This document shows, piece after piece, positions 35,493-44,549 of a stretch of DNA of 64,000 nt. The DNA is taken from assembly GCA_964490105.1 (NCBI GenBank), contig CAZAZU010000002.1, positions 12,751-76,750 on the forward strand, given 5' to 3'. A model generated the notes under the pieces. It had not been told where the DNA came from and made no database searches. It saw nothing but the letters and a program-made list of their open reading frames with translations. Within the stretch, counting starts at the first letter, position 1; each line of letters begins with the position of its first letter. Source of the DNA: an uncultured Gammaproteobacteria bacterium. GTDB taxonomy: Bacteria; Patescibacteriota; Microgenomatia; Levybacterales; UBA12049. The translations under genes and the position numbers were made by a program.

Positions 35493-36398
35493 TTAAAACT
35501 TGAGGTTTTTTAAGAAGTCTTTAAATTCTTCACTTATGTCAGGATGATTTAACGCGAGCTCTACTATAGTCTTCATGTACTCAAGCTTATTTCCAGTATC
35601 ATAATATTTACCATTTTCAATTTCTACCGCATAAATCGGCACACCTTGCTCCTGTAAAAGATTGATTGCATCCACCAGCCAAATCTCTCCGCCTTTTCCT
35701 GGTGCCAAACTTTTTAAGGCTGGAAAAATTTCAGGAGGAAGAATATATGCGCCGTGAGTAGCTATATTTGAAGGCGCCTGATCTGGATCTGGTTTTTCTA
35801 CAATTGCTTTAATTTTTGAGACTTTTCCCTCTACTGGTTCTAGATCTGCGATTCCATATCTTTTTAAATCTTCTTTTTTCTCAATTCTGACCCCTGAAAT
35901 AACCACTCCACCGTATTTTTCATAAACCTCAATCATCTGCTGTAGCCTTGGTGGCTCAGCATAAATAAACTCATCCCCCCAAAGAACCGCAAATGGCTCA
36001 TCTTCTATAGCAGGTTCAGCCGAAAGAACTGGTGTTCCGTTTCCATAGGGTCCTTTTTGGCGAACATAAATAAAATTCGCCATCTCCCCTATTTTTTTAA
36101 CCATTTCCATGAATTCTGTTTTTCCTCCAGCTTCAAGATTCTGCATCAATTCCGCATTGGGATAATCAAAATGATCTTCAATAGCTCTTTTAAGAGACCC
36201 TGTTACTATTACAATATCTCTAATTCCTGATGCCACAGCTTCCTCAACTACATATTGAATAACGGGCTTATCTACAATAGGAAGCATCTCTTTAGGCATC
36301 GCCTTGGTTTGCGGGAGAAATCTGGTACCAAAGCCTGCTGCGGGTATAACTGCTTTTCTGATTTTCTTCATAAAGTTCTTTATATCATAAGGCATCAT
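35493..36398 (-). CDS. galU: UTP--glucose-1-phosphate uridylyltransferase
   Basis: KAVIPAAGFGTRFLPQTKAMPKEMLPIVDKPVIQY (G.GTR.LP.TK signature). Length ~300 aa. Confidence 0.85.
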   Translation of the reverse strand: MMPYDIKNFMKKIRKAVIPAAGFGTRFLPQTKAMPKEMLPIVDKPVIQYVVEEAVASGIRDIVIVTGSLKRAIEDHFDYPNAELMQNLEAGGKTEFMEMVKKIGEMANFIYVRQKGPYGNGTPVLSAEPAIEDEPFAVLWGDEFIYAEPPRLQQMIEVYEKYGGVVISGVRIEKKEDLKRYGIADLEPVEGKVSKIKAIVEKPDPDQAPSNIATHGAYILPPEIFPALKSLAPGKGGEIWLVDAINLLQEQGVPIYAVEIENGKYYDTGNKLEYMKTIVELALNHPDISEEFKDFLKNLKF

Positions 36399-36494
36399 GC
36401 CAATAAATACAATTACCCTCGTATCTTTACATGAGGCTTCATATTTGATAAAATATTTGACATATCCGCCAAAAATGGGCGGATTTTAAATAGA

Positions 36495-36683
36495 ATGGCA
36501 ACTTCGCCGATTACTTTTACAAAACAAGCAGTAGATGAACTTAAAAAGGTCACCTGGCCTACTCGAGATGAGGTCATAAGACTAACTGTGGCAGTGATAG
36601 TAATTAGCGCAGCTGTAGGTCTTTTCCTTGGTGGAATCGACTTTGTTTTAACAAAAACATTAGAAATATTATTAAATAGATAA
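36495..36683 (+). CDS. secE: preprotein translocase subunit SecE (minimal single-TM form)
   Basis: 62 aa. ELKKVTWPTRDEVIRLTVAVIVISAAVGLFLGGIDFVL matches the SecE consensus (KV.WP.R.E....T..V). Immediately precedes nusG. Confidence 0.75.
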   Translation: MATSPITFTKQAVDELKKVTWPTRDEVIRLTVAVIVISAAVGLFLGGIDFVLTKTLEILLNR

Positions 36684-36685
36684 AT

Positions 36686-37618
36686 ATGGACGACAATAAA
36701 AAAACACAAGATCAGATTGACTTGTCCACCGAAGCAACAGAAACTGCGAAGGTAGAAGAAAAAGAAGAAGCTTTAGAAGAAGCCGAAATCAACGCTGATG
36801 AAAAAGAAGGTTTAACAGAAGAGCAAATTAAAGAAGATACTACTATGGTAGAGGCTCCAGATTTATCAGATGGAGAACCTGAAGTGAAAGATGCACCAGA
36901 AAGTCTCACAGAGGAACAGATCGAAGAAGATACTACAATGGCTGCAACCCCAAATATTTCAAGTGATGAAATAAAAGAAACCCCAGAAAATCTAACAGCT
37001 GAGCAAATCAAAGAGGACTCGGAAATGGCTCCAGTTGAAGACCCTGATGAAGAACTCGAAAAAGCAAAGCAAATTTTAAATGCCGGAGACAATGTAAATG
37101 CCAGATGGTATATCGTTCACACTTATTCTGGACACGAAAATAAAGTTGCAAAATCTATCAAGCAAAGAGTGCAAAGCTTAGGATTTGAAACTAGAATTTT
37201 TGACATTATTGTTCCCACCAGAAACACTATTAAAGTAAGTCAGGGTAAAAAAGAAACAGTTAAAGAAAAAATATTCCCAGGATACGTTCTCGTAAAAATG
37301 ATTCTTGATGATGAATCATGGCTTTTGATTAGAACCACACAGGGAGTAACTGCATTTATCGGAGCTGGTAACAAACCAACTCCAATCTCAGAAAAAGAAG
37401 TTGAAGCTATTCAGAAATTTATGGATGCAGATGAACCGCTCTATAAAACAGCGTTCACAATTGGTGAAGCTGTAAAGATAGTTGATGGACCATTCTCAGA
37501 TTTCTTAGGAACAATTGATGATATTGATGAAGCTAAAGGAAAACTTAAAGTGCTTGTAAGTATTTTCGGACGCGAAACACCAGTAGAACTAGACTTTTTA
37601 CAAGTAAATAAGTTATAA
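36686..37618 (+). CDS. nusG: transcription termination/antitermination factor NusG with ~125-aa acidic repeat-containing N-terminal extension
   Basis: NGN domain (RWYIVHTYSGHENKV...FPGYVLVKM) and KOW (GEAVKIVDGPFSDFLGTIDDID). N-terminus has three imperfect repeats of LTEEQIKEDTTM(V/A). Confidence 0.85.
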   Translation: MDDNKKTQDQIDLSTEATETAKVEEKEEALEEAEINADEKEGLTEEQIKEDTTMVEAPDLSDGEPEVKDAPESLTEEQIEEDTTMAATPNISSDEIKETPENLTAEQIKEDSEMAPVEDPDEELEKAKQILNAGDNVNARWYIVHTYSGHENKVAKSIKQRVQSLGFETRIFDIIVPTRNTIKVSQGKKETVKEKIFPGYVLVKMILDDESWLLIRTTQGVTAFIGAGNKPTPISEKEVEAIQKFMDADEPLYKTAFTIGEAVKIVDGPFSDFLGTIDDIDEAKGKLKVLVSIFGRETPVELDFLQVNKL

Positions 37619-37740
37619 TTCAAAAAACTTAATTGATCTGGGAGACTTAGGTCGCTTGAACCAGTAGATAGGATAGATAAGCTCAACGGGCTTCCCTCTT
37701 CTCTACTTTTTCAAACTTCTCTCTCAGCAAACTTAAAACA

Positions 37741-38160
37741 ATGGCAAAAAAAATTAAAACAATTATAAAGATTAACATTCCAGCTGGAGCAGCAACACCA
37801 GCACCACCTGTTGGAACTGCATTAGGTCCGCACGGACTTCCTATCATGGAATTCGTACAGGCTTTTAACGAAAGAACCGCAGATCAAAAAGGAAATATTA
37901 TTCCTGCAGTTATTACAGTGTATGAAGACAGAACTTTTTCTTTCATAACTAAAAAACCACCTATGTCAGAACTTATTAAAAAGGCTATTGGCAGAGGCGG
38001 CGCAAATAATCCAGGAAAAGAAGTGGCAGCAACACTAACAAAATCTCAAGCTGAAGAAATTGCCAATACAAAAATGGAAGATCTTAACACAACTGATCTT
38101 CCTCAAGCAGTAAGTATCGTAAAAGGAACAGCAAGAAGTATGGGGGTAAAAGTAGAATAA
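37741..38160 (+). CDS. rplK: 50S ribosomal protein L11
   Basis: IKINIPAGAATPAPPVGTALGPHGLPIMEFVQAFN is near-universal L11 sequence. Confidence 0.9.
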   Translation: MAKKIKTIIKINIPAGAATPAPPVGTALGPHGLPIMEFVQAFNERTADQKGNIIPAVITVYEDRTFSFITKKPPMSELIKKAIGRGGANNPGKEVAATLTKSQAEEIANTKMEDLNTTDLPQAVSIVKGTARSMGVKVE

Positions 38161-38978
38161 TGGGAAAAATTAGAGTAAAAACATTAGGAGACGAAGAACA
38201 GGAATTAAAAGATAAAGCTGAAATGGAAGCAAAAAGAGCCGAAAAGAAAGCCCGCGAAGAAGCTGAAGAAACACAAACAGAAGAACCTGATACTCAATCT
38301 GAAAAGGTAGAAACTACAGAAGCTCCATCAGAAGAAACTGAAGCATCGGAAAAACCAAAAGCAAAAAAGAAAAAAGAAAAGTTTATTAAGAAAAAAGTTC
38401 GGTCAGTTGCTTATAAAGCTAAGATCATGGAAATTGAAAAAAACAAAGTCTATTCCCTAACAGATGGAATTGAACTTTTAAGAAAAGTTAAAATCGCAAA
38501 ATTTGATGAAACAGTTGAACTTCACATAAATACTACAGAAGCAGGAATCAATGGAACAGTAAAACTTCCACACGGAACAGGAAAAGAAATTAAAGTTGCG
38601 ATCGCAGACGATGCAGTGCTCGCAGAAGTAGAAAAGGGGAAAATTAATTTCGATATATTAATTGCAGAGCCTAGTATGATGCCAAAACTAGCTAGAGTTG
38701 CTAGAGTGCTCGGTCCAAAGGGACTCATGCCAAATCCAAAAAATGGAACTATTTCACAGAATCCAGAAGAAGCAGCTAAAAAGTTCCAAGGAGGGCAAAT
38801 TGGATTTAAAACAGAAAGCAAACTTCCAATTATTCATTTAAGTGTTGGAAAAACTTCTTTTGAAGACAAACAGCTTGAAGAAAATATAAAAACAATTATC
38901 ACGGCTATTAAGAGAGATAAAATTAGAAATATTACTCTTAAATCCACCATGTCCCCAGGTATAAAAATCCAGGCTTAA
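38160..38978 (+). CDS. rplA: 50S ribosomal protein L1 with ~85-aa K/E-rich N-terminal extension
   Basis: Core from YSLTDGIELLRKV...VELHINT...VLGPKGLMPNPKNGT matches L1. Overlaps the rplK stop. Confidence 0.85.
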   Translation: MGKIRVKTLGDEEQELKDKAEMEAKRAEKKAREEAEETQTEEPDTQSEKVETTEAPSEETEASEKPKAKKKKEKFIKKKVRSVAYKAKIMEIEKNKVYSLTDGIELLRKVKIAKFDETVELHINTTEAGINGTVKLPHGTGKEIKVAIADDAVLAEVEKGKINFDILIAEPSMMPKLARVARVLGPKGLMPNPKNGTISQNPEEAAKKFQGGQIGFKTESKLPIIHLSVGKTSFEDKQLEENIKTIITAIKRDKIRNITLKSTMSPGIKIQA

Positions 38979-39019
38979 ATTAGCGAATAATTTGATTATT
39001 TTTTTTCTATAATCCCTCT

Positions 39020-39064
39020 TCAACGCATTGACAAAGCTAATCATATTTCATACTGTTATATAAT
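39020..39064 (+). promoter_or_regulatory. putative promoter (TTGACA ... TATAAT) for the inserted secreted-protein cluster
   Basis: ttgacaaagctaatcatatttcatactgttatataat directly upstream of the ATG at 39065. Confidence 0.3.
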
Positions 39065-40348
39065 ATGGAGCGAATACTTCAGCATAAGCTGATTTTAGTA
39101 ACAATTGCTATTCAGCTTTTCGCTCTACCCTTGGTTCTTTTTGCGGTAAAAGAAAGACAGGAAACTAGAACTCAGGCTTCAGCTTCAACATCATTATCAT
39201 TCTCCCCCACCTCTGCTTCCGATACACCTCATAATGTAAACGTAGGCCAGGAGTTTCCCGTAGATGTAATTGTTATTCCCAGCAATAATTTAATTACACT
39301 TGCAAAATTAGAAATATTATATGATTCTTCGAAATTCTCATTATCAGATACGAATCCAATCGTAATTAATACGACTGCATTTCCTCAAACAATAGAGGGG
39401 CCAGTTTATACTCATGGAAAAATTCAGATAGTAGTATCTACCGGATTTGACTATACGAAAGTAATTCAGGCAGAAACAAAAATTTTAACAATTAATTTAA
39501 AGGCTAATACACCAGTAAGCCAAACCCAATTATCTTTTGGATCAAATAGCGGTCTTTATTCTTTAGGCAGTGGTGATTCAAGTAGTATAAGTGTATTATC
39601 AGCAACAACTCCAATCTATGTTAAAGTAAACGAAGCTCCAACTCCTACATTCACACCTGTTCCTACCAACACTCCAACTCCATCCCCAAAACCCACAATC
39701 ACGCCTACACCAACGATTACTCCAACTCCATCCCCAAAACCGACTTCTACACCAATCCCTACTAATGCTCCGACACCAATTCCAACAATTGGAACTACAA
39801 CTTTATTTTTTGAAGGGCTTAAATTACATGGTTTAGGAAAAGGTGGAGACAGTCCCAATCCAAACAGTAATGGTACTCTAAACCCATTAAGAACCACTAG
39901 GGAATTAACCGTAGAACTATATGATAATTCAAATAACCTTATTAATTCTTCTAAAGGTTATATTAAATACACTGTTCCAACTGAAGGAGTATTTAATGGA
40001 GCCGTAGATTTACCAAACACCATACAGGATGGAGATTATTTCATAACAATCAGAACCCCATACTATTTAGGAAAACGACTCCAAGGATATACAACAGTTG
40101 CAAAAGGCCAATCTGTCACGATTAACAATCAATCCGCAGTTTTGGTGGCAGGAGATATTAATCTCGATAATAAGCTTTCAGTTTTGGATTATGACATAAT
40201 AATGGAGTGCTACAGTGATCTTCAGGCAGCTAAACCTACATGCACAGCTGAGAAAAAATTAGCAGCTGATATTTCTGATGATGGAAAAGTTAACCAGGAT
40301 GACTATAATTTATTTATAAGAGAGCTTTCGATTCAAAAAGGAGAATAA
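39065..40348 (+). CDS. secreted protein with cohesin-like N-terminal domain, PT-rich linker and C-terminal dockerin-like repeat pair
   Basis: Signal/anchor. N-domain [31 protein letters not shown] is cohesin-like. Linker [51 protein letters not shown]-terminal [21 protein letters not shown] and [22 protein letters not shown] match dockerin type-I Ca-binding repeats. Confidence 0.5.
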   Translation: MERILQHKLILVTIAIQLFALPLVLFAVKERQETRTQASASTSLSFSPTSASDTPHNVNVGQEFPVDVIVIPSNNLITLAKLEILYDSSKFSLSDTNPIVINTTAFPQTIEGPVYTHGKIQIVVSTGFDYTKVIQAETKILTINLKANTPVSQTQLSFGSNSGLYSLGSGDSSSISVLSATTPIYVKVNEAPTPTFTPVPTNTPTPSPKPTITPTPTITPTPSPKPTSTPIPTNAPTPIPTIGTTTLFFEGLKLHGLGKGGDSPNPNSNGTLNPLRTTRELTVELYDNSNNLINSSKGYIKYTVPTEGVFNGAVDLPNTIQDGDYFITIRTPYYLGKRLQGYTTVAKGQSVTINNQSAVLVAGDINLDNKLSVLDYDIIMECYSDLQAAKPTCTAEKKLAADISDDGKVNQDDYNLFIRELSIQKGE

Positions 40349-40349
40349 G

Positions 40350-41501
40350 ATGAGAAAACTATTTATAATTTTAGTCTTATCTCTAACAATTGCCTTAACT
40401 AAAAGCGATGAGTCCAATGCTCAAGGATCTTGTATGACTACCCCACCCACAAACACAGGAACCTCTACCATATCTACTACGACTACGGCCGGTACATACA
40501 GAGTTTGGGCAAGAATTAAAGCTGCAGATACCAGCAATAATTCTTTCTACTTAAGAATTGATAGTCAGTGTGCTATTTTAGTCGGAGATAATAATCAAAT
40601 TTCTGCGGCTTCTTGGACATGGGTAGACTATCAAAGTGGAATAACTACAAATAAAATAAATACCACCCTAACCGCTGGAGACCACGTGGTCACAATTATT
40701 GGAAATGAACCAGGAGTAAGCGTAGATAAAATATTAATGACAAAAAATCTAACCTGTGTACCAACTGGCTTCGGAGAAAATTGCCCCATAGAATTACCAA
40801 ATACGCCTACCAATACTCCAACTGCTTTACCTACAAATAACCCTACCCCAAAACCATCTAATACCCCAACTCCAACACTAAAACCTAGCTCAACCCCTAC
40901 CCCCACAAATATTCCAACATCTACTCCAACTCCCATTGTAACTGCTGCTCCTCTAGAAACTGTACTTAAGTTCAATATTGTTAAACTTCACGGAATTGGA
41001 ATAGGTGGAGATAATACTAATCCAACAATCACTGGAAATACTAACCCAGCTACTCAAACAAGAGTATTAAGCGTAGAACTTTATGATAACTCAGGTGTTT
41101 TAGCAAAAACAGTACAAGGAAATATAGTTTATGGAGCTGGAAATGGATATTTCTCAGGTTCTATAGTTCTTGATTCAAGTGTAGTTGAGGGAAATTATTT
41201 AATTAAGATCAAGACTGACAAATACCTAAGAAGACAACTGAGTAGGATAATCGAAATTAAAAAAGGCAATATAATAGATATGCCAGAGGCGACACTAGTT
41301 GTTGGAGATTCAAATGGCGATGGAACATTAAGTATTCTTGACTACAGCATAATCCTTGATTGCTATAGTGACTTCCTGGATCCGAAGAATTGTGCTGACC
41401 CAGCTAAAAAATCAAAAGCTGACCTTTCAGATGATGGAAAAGTAAATCATGATGACCATACTCTTTTCCTTCGAGAACTGTCAGTTGTGACGGGTGATTA
41501 A
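40350..41501 (+). CDS. secreted protein with CBM-like beta-sandwich N-domain, PT-rich linker and C-terminal dockerin-like repeat pair
   Basis: Signal peptide. Linker NTPTNTPTALPTNNPTPKPSNTPTPTLKPSSTPTPTNIPTSTPTP. C-terminal VGDSNGDGTLSILDYSIILDCY and ADLSDDGKVNHDDHTLFLRELS. Same architecture as the upstream paralog. Confidence 0.5.
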   Translation: MRKLFIILVLSLTIALTKSDESNAQGSCMTTPPTNTGTSTISTTTTAGTYRVWARIKAADTSNNSFYLRIDSQCAILVGDNNQISAASWTWVDYQSGITTNKINTTLTAGDHVVTIIGNEPGVSVDKILMTKNLTCVPTGFGENCPIELPNTPTNTPTALPTNNPTPKPSNTPTPTLKPSSTPTPTNIPTSTPTPIVTAAPLETVLKFNIVKLHGIGIGGDNTNPTITGNTNPATQTRVLSVELYDNSGVLAKTVQGNIVYGAGNGYFSGSIVLDSSVVEGNYLIKIKTDKYLRRQLSRIIEIKKGNIIDMPEATLVVGDSNGDGTLSILDYSIILDCYSDFLDPKNCADPAKKSKADLSDDGKVNHDDHTLFLRELSVVTGD

Positions 41502-42858
41502 AATGAATCCAAATGTTAAAAACCGTTTAATAAAAAAGTATGCAACTCTTGGAATCCTACTTCTAACAATCGCGCTTCCTATAACTCTTTATCAGGTTCG
41601 TCAAAATCAGGATAATCGCTCTAGCGCTGCGGCTGCGGATAAACTTGAGGCTGAAGGAGGACTTTTAAGTGGAAATGCGACCAAGCAAACAGATACATTA
41701 GCTTCAGGTGGAAGTTATGTAAAACTACAAATAAGCAACGCAACTCCCACTCCCGATCCCAGTAAGCCAATTGTTGGTGTAATTCGTTGGGATGCTTGGA
41801 CACCAAATCTTCATCCTACAACAACTACTCAAAATAAATGGATAACAGCTGATTTAGGAAAATGGGGCTATCGTTTACCGTTTTTTGCAAAAAATCTTCC
41901 CAACAATACAAAAGATTCAGAAGTGATAAATGAAGATAGCCAGGAAATTATAGATAAAGAAATTCTATACACATCACAAGCTGGCATAAATTATTGGACT
42001 TTTTTCTGGTTTAATTTCTGGTGGCAGGATAGTAATACAACATGGCGATACAATTACGGCCTAAATAATTATCTAAATAGTCCGTATAAAAATAAGATGA
42101 ATTTTGCTTTAATGCTCGGCTGTTGTGGCCTGCTAGATCATTATCCGACTGACTGGGAACCAAAAGTAGTACCTAAAATTGTGAACCTTGTTAAGCAACC
42201 TACATATCAAAAAGTTTTAAATGGCAGACCTATCATATATGTTTTTGGAGCTTCTCAATTAAGTGGATGGTTCAATTGTGGATACTATGATTATAGATAT
42301 GGTACTTGCGCTGACAAAAGCTATACTAAATCAAAGGTTGCATTAGACTATCTTAGAGCAGAGATTCAGAAAGCAGGACTGCCAAATCCGTATCTAGTAG
42401 CTATGGTTTGGGATCCGGGAAATAAAAATTATACAAGTTCCACTGGGTATGGCTTTGATGCAATAACTTCTTATTCAGGCCATGATGCTAGCGTTAATAC
42501 TTTAACCCAAAAATCATACACAACTCTTTCAGCTGATAATTTGGCTTATCGCGAAAAAGCAAAGGCTTCGGGCAATAAAATTATTCCACCTGTTAACACG
42601 GGATGGGATCGCCGTCCAGATCCTGGTTATAATGGGGTCTGGTACGAAGCTGGAACTCCAATTCAAGTAGGAGCTAATCTTAAAGCTGCTATCGACTGGA
42701 ATAAAGCTAATCCAACGCTTACGGAAACAAATAATGTGTTAATTTATGCATGGAATGAATTTGTTGAGGGCGGTTGGCTTGGCCCTACACTCGAAGATAA
42801 AGGAGCTAGACTAAATGCAATTTCCAATATATTAGGTGGCACACAAATTAAGCCATGA
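41494..42858 (+). CDS. membrane-anchored/secreted hypothetical protein (possible glycoside-hydrolase-like domain) carrying conserved post-TM motif
   Basis: TM LGILLLTIALPITLY, then VRQNQDNRSSAAAADKLEAEGGLLSGNA...ASGGSYV. A Trp/Tyr-rich domain (GVIRWDAWTP...). 8-nt overlap with the upstream gene. Confidence 0.45.
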   Translation: MIKMNPNVKNRLIKKYATLGILLLTIALPITLYQVRQNQDNRSSAAAADKLEAEGGLLSGNATKQTDTLASGGSYVKLQISNATPTPDPSKPIVGVIRWDAWTPNLHPTTTTQNKWITADLGKWGYRLPFFAKNLPNNTKDSEVINEDSQEIIDKEILYTSQAGINYWTFFWFNFWWQDSNTTWRYNYGLNNYLNSPYKNKMNFALMLGCCGLLDHYPTDWEPKVVPKIVNLVKQPTYQKVLNGRPIIYVFGASQLSGWFNCGYYDYRYGTCADKSYTKSKVALDYLRAEIQKAGLPNPYLVAMVWDPGNKNYTSSTGYGFDAITSYSGHDASVNTLTQKSYTTLSADNLAYREKAKASGNKIIPPVNTGWDRRPDPGYNGVWYEAGTPIQVGANLKAAIDWNKANPTLTETNNVLIYAWNEFVEGGWLGPTLEDKGARLNAISNILGGTQIKP

Positions 42859-44468
42859 AAAAAAATAGATTTGGTATTTTTATATTACTAATAGCTCTAA
42901 TTGCTCTACCGTTAATTCTGTCTGAAGTCAAACAGAATCAAGATAATCGCTCTTCTGCTGCAGCTGCAGACAAATTAGAGGCTGAAAGCGGAATATTAGG
43001 AGGTAATGCACAAAGCATCTCTGATCAAACAGCTTCTGGCGGAAATTATATAGTCTTTGCAAATCATTCTCCAACTCCTACAGCCCCAGCTACTCCCACG
43101 CCATCAAACATTGATGCTGGTCTAACAGTTCCCACATCATCATTCCAATTTCCGACTACTCCCGCATCAGGTGGACAAATTAGAAATGTTACTTCTTATG
43201 GAGCGACTTGTAATAATTCAACTAACGATGACAGCGTAGGGATTAAAGCCGCTATAACAGCATCAATCGCAGGAGATGATGTAATTTTTCCCTCAAACTG
43301 CACGCTTCATTTAAAAACATGGCCAATTGATCTTAAAACAGGGGTGAGCTTAAAAGGCCAAGATAAAACTACCTCTATTCTTCACGGAATGTTCAGTACC
43401 GCTCCAAATCCTCTTTTTTATGCCAGAACTCAGGCTTCGACTTCTACAAATCAGCCTGTTTCAAATCTTTCGATTACAAATTTCAGCTATACAACTCTAT
43501 CTGGAACTCCTCCGGATATACTTATTAAGCTCGGACATGGAACATGGAATACAAATAATTCTGAATGGAAAACGGTCTCTAAGATTAAGATTGAAAATCT
43601 AACTATTGAGAAATTCAGAAAATACGCAATTGATATTCAAAATTCAGAGTTTATTTATGTAGCAAATAATGTGATCAAAAATGCAACTTCGCTCGGCGGC
43701 GGAGGTGAAGGTTATGGAATAAAAATAGATATGGATAAGTCTAAGAATAATTGGATTAAAGGAAATATAGTAGGTCCAGTAATCAGACACGCCTATTTAG
43801 TCCAATACGATGCAAATCATAATCTTTTTGAAGGAAACACGGCTACCGGAACCACGCAAGATGCCTTTGATATGCATGGAGAAAATGAATTTAGTAACGA
43901 ATTTAGGAATAATATCGTGACAAATTGCGTTACTACCGATCCCTTCACAGGCACCGCTACATACGGTTCAGGATTTGGAATTGGCGAAGTTCCTACATCT
44001 ACAAGCGCACCCCCAGGAGATGCAGGTCATCACGATTTTACAGGAGATAATAATTGGATTCATGATAATTCAGTTTCAGGCTGTTATTCCGGAGTAAGAG
44101 TTAATAACACAAATAACACCTATATTGAAAACAATATTATTACAAATAACAGAAGCGGCGGAATCCTTATTGGAGATCTTGATACTTACATATTTCCTGA
44201 GTTAACTTCAAACCCACCGGCCTATGGCACCAATAATATAATAGCTAAAAATAATACTGTAAAAAATAATCCAGTAGGCTTCAGAATTAAAAATGCTAAA
44301 AATCCTCAAATACTAAATAATATAGCGACAAATAATGCCGGTGCTGGGCTTACTTTAACAGTACAGACAACTGGATACATAATATCGGGCAATGACTTCA
44401 GATTTAACACATCTGCAATAAATCTAGGAGGTAATACTTCCGGAACCTTCACAAATAATCTGCAATAA
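42855..44468 (+). CDS. membrane-anchored/secreted right-handed parallel beta-helix (pectate-lyase-fold) protein carrying the same post-TM motif
   Basis: TM FGIFILLIALIALPLIL, then VKQNQDNRSSAAAADKLEAESGILGGNA...ASGGNYI. PbH1-type repeats (NNIITNNRSGGILIG, NNTVKNNPVGFRIKN, NNIATNNAGAGLTL). Confidence 0.55.
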   Translation: MKKNRFGIFILLIALIALPLILSEVKQNQDNRSSAAAADKLEAESGILGGNAQSISDQTASGGNYIVFANHSPTPTAPATPTPSNIDAGLTVPTSSFQFPTTPASGGQIRNVTSYGATCNNSTNDDSVGIKAAITASIAGDDVIFPSNCTLHLKTWPIDLKTGVSLKGQDKTTSILHGMFSTAPNPLFYARTQASTSTNQPVSNLSITNFSYTTLSGTPPDILIKLGHGTWNTNNSEWKTVSKIKIENLTIEKFRKYAIDIQNSEFIYVANNVIKNATSLGGGGEGYGIKIDMDKSKNNWIKGNIVGPVIRHAYLVQYDANHNLFEGNTATGTTQDAFDMHGENEFSNEFRNNIVTNCVTTDPFTGTATYGSGFGIGEVPTSTSAPPGDAGHHDFTGDNNWIHDNSVSGCYSGVRVNNTNNTYIENNIITNNRSGGILIGDLDTYIFPELTSNPPAYGTNNIIAKNNTVKNNPVGFRIKNAKNPQILNNIATNNAGAGLTLTVQTTGYIISGNDFRFNTSAINLGGNTSGTFTNNLQ

Positions 44469-44520
44469 TTACTATAGATCTAATTAATTCCCGAATTCTT
44501 TATTAACTACAGGATATGTA

Positions 44521-44549
44521 TTGACAGATTGAGGCTCAGCTGATATTAT
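44521..44549 (+). promoter_or_regulatory. sigma70-like promoter TTGACA-17-TATTAT for rplJ-rplL
   Basis: ttgacagattgaggctcagctgatattat. The ~95-nt structured leader that follows is consistent with an L10 autoregulatory leader. Confidence 0.5.

Noticed and set aside
36440-36475. Hairpin atccgcc-aaaaatg-ggcggat followed by tttt upstream of secE, considered as a terminator.
   Set aside because: On the plus strand no gene ends upstream of it (galU is on the minus strand), and on the minus strand the T-tract is absent. It may be a regulatory or attenuator hairpin for secE, but the evidence is too thin for a feature call.
36712-37092. 126-aa Ser-rich minus-strand ORF.
   Set aside because: It is antisense to the acidic repeat region of nusG. 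It is a mirror artefact of a low-complexity coding repeat.
39640-40960. Checked whether the short periodic ACNCCNACN tracts could be a CRISPR-like repeat/spacer array or a VNTR.
   Set aside because: They are in-frame Pro/Thr linker codons inside long ORFs, with no conserved repeat unit and no unique spacers. No CRISPR array exists anywhere in the window.
39616-40975. Gly/Val-rich minus-strand ORFs (39616-39897, 40631-40975).
   Set aside because: They are antisense to the Pro/Thr linkers of the dockerin proteins. (ACN/CCN)n repeats read as GV-rich on the other strand.
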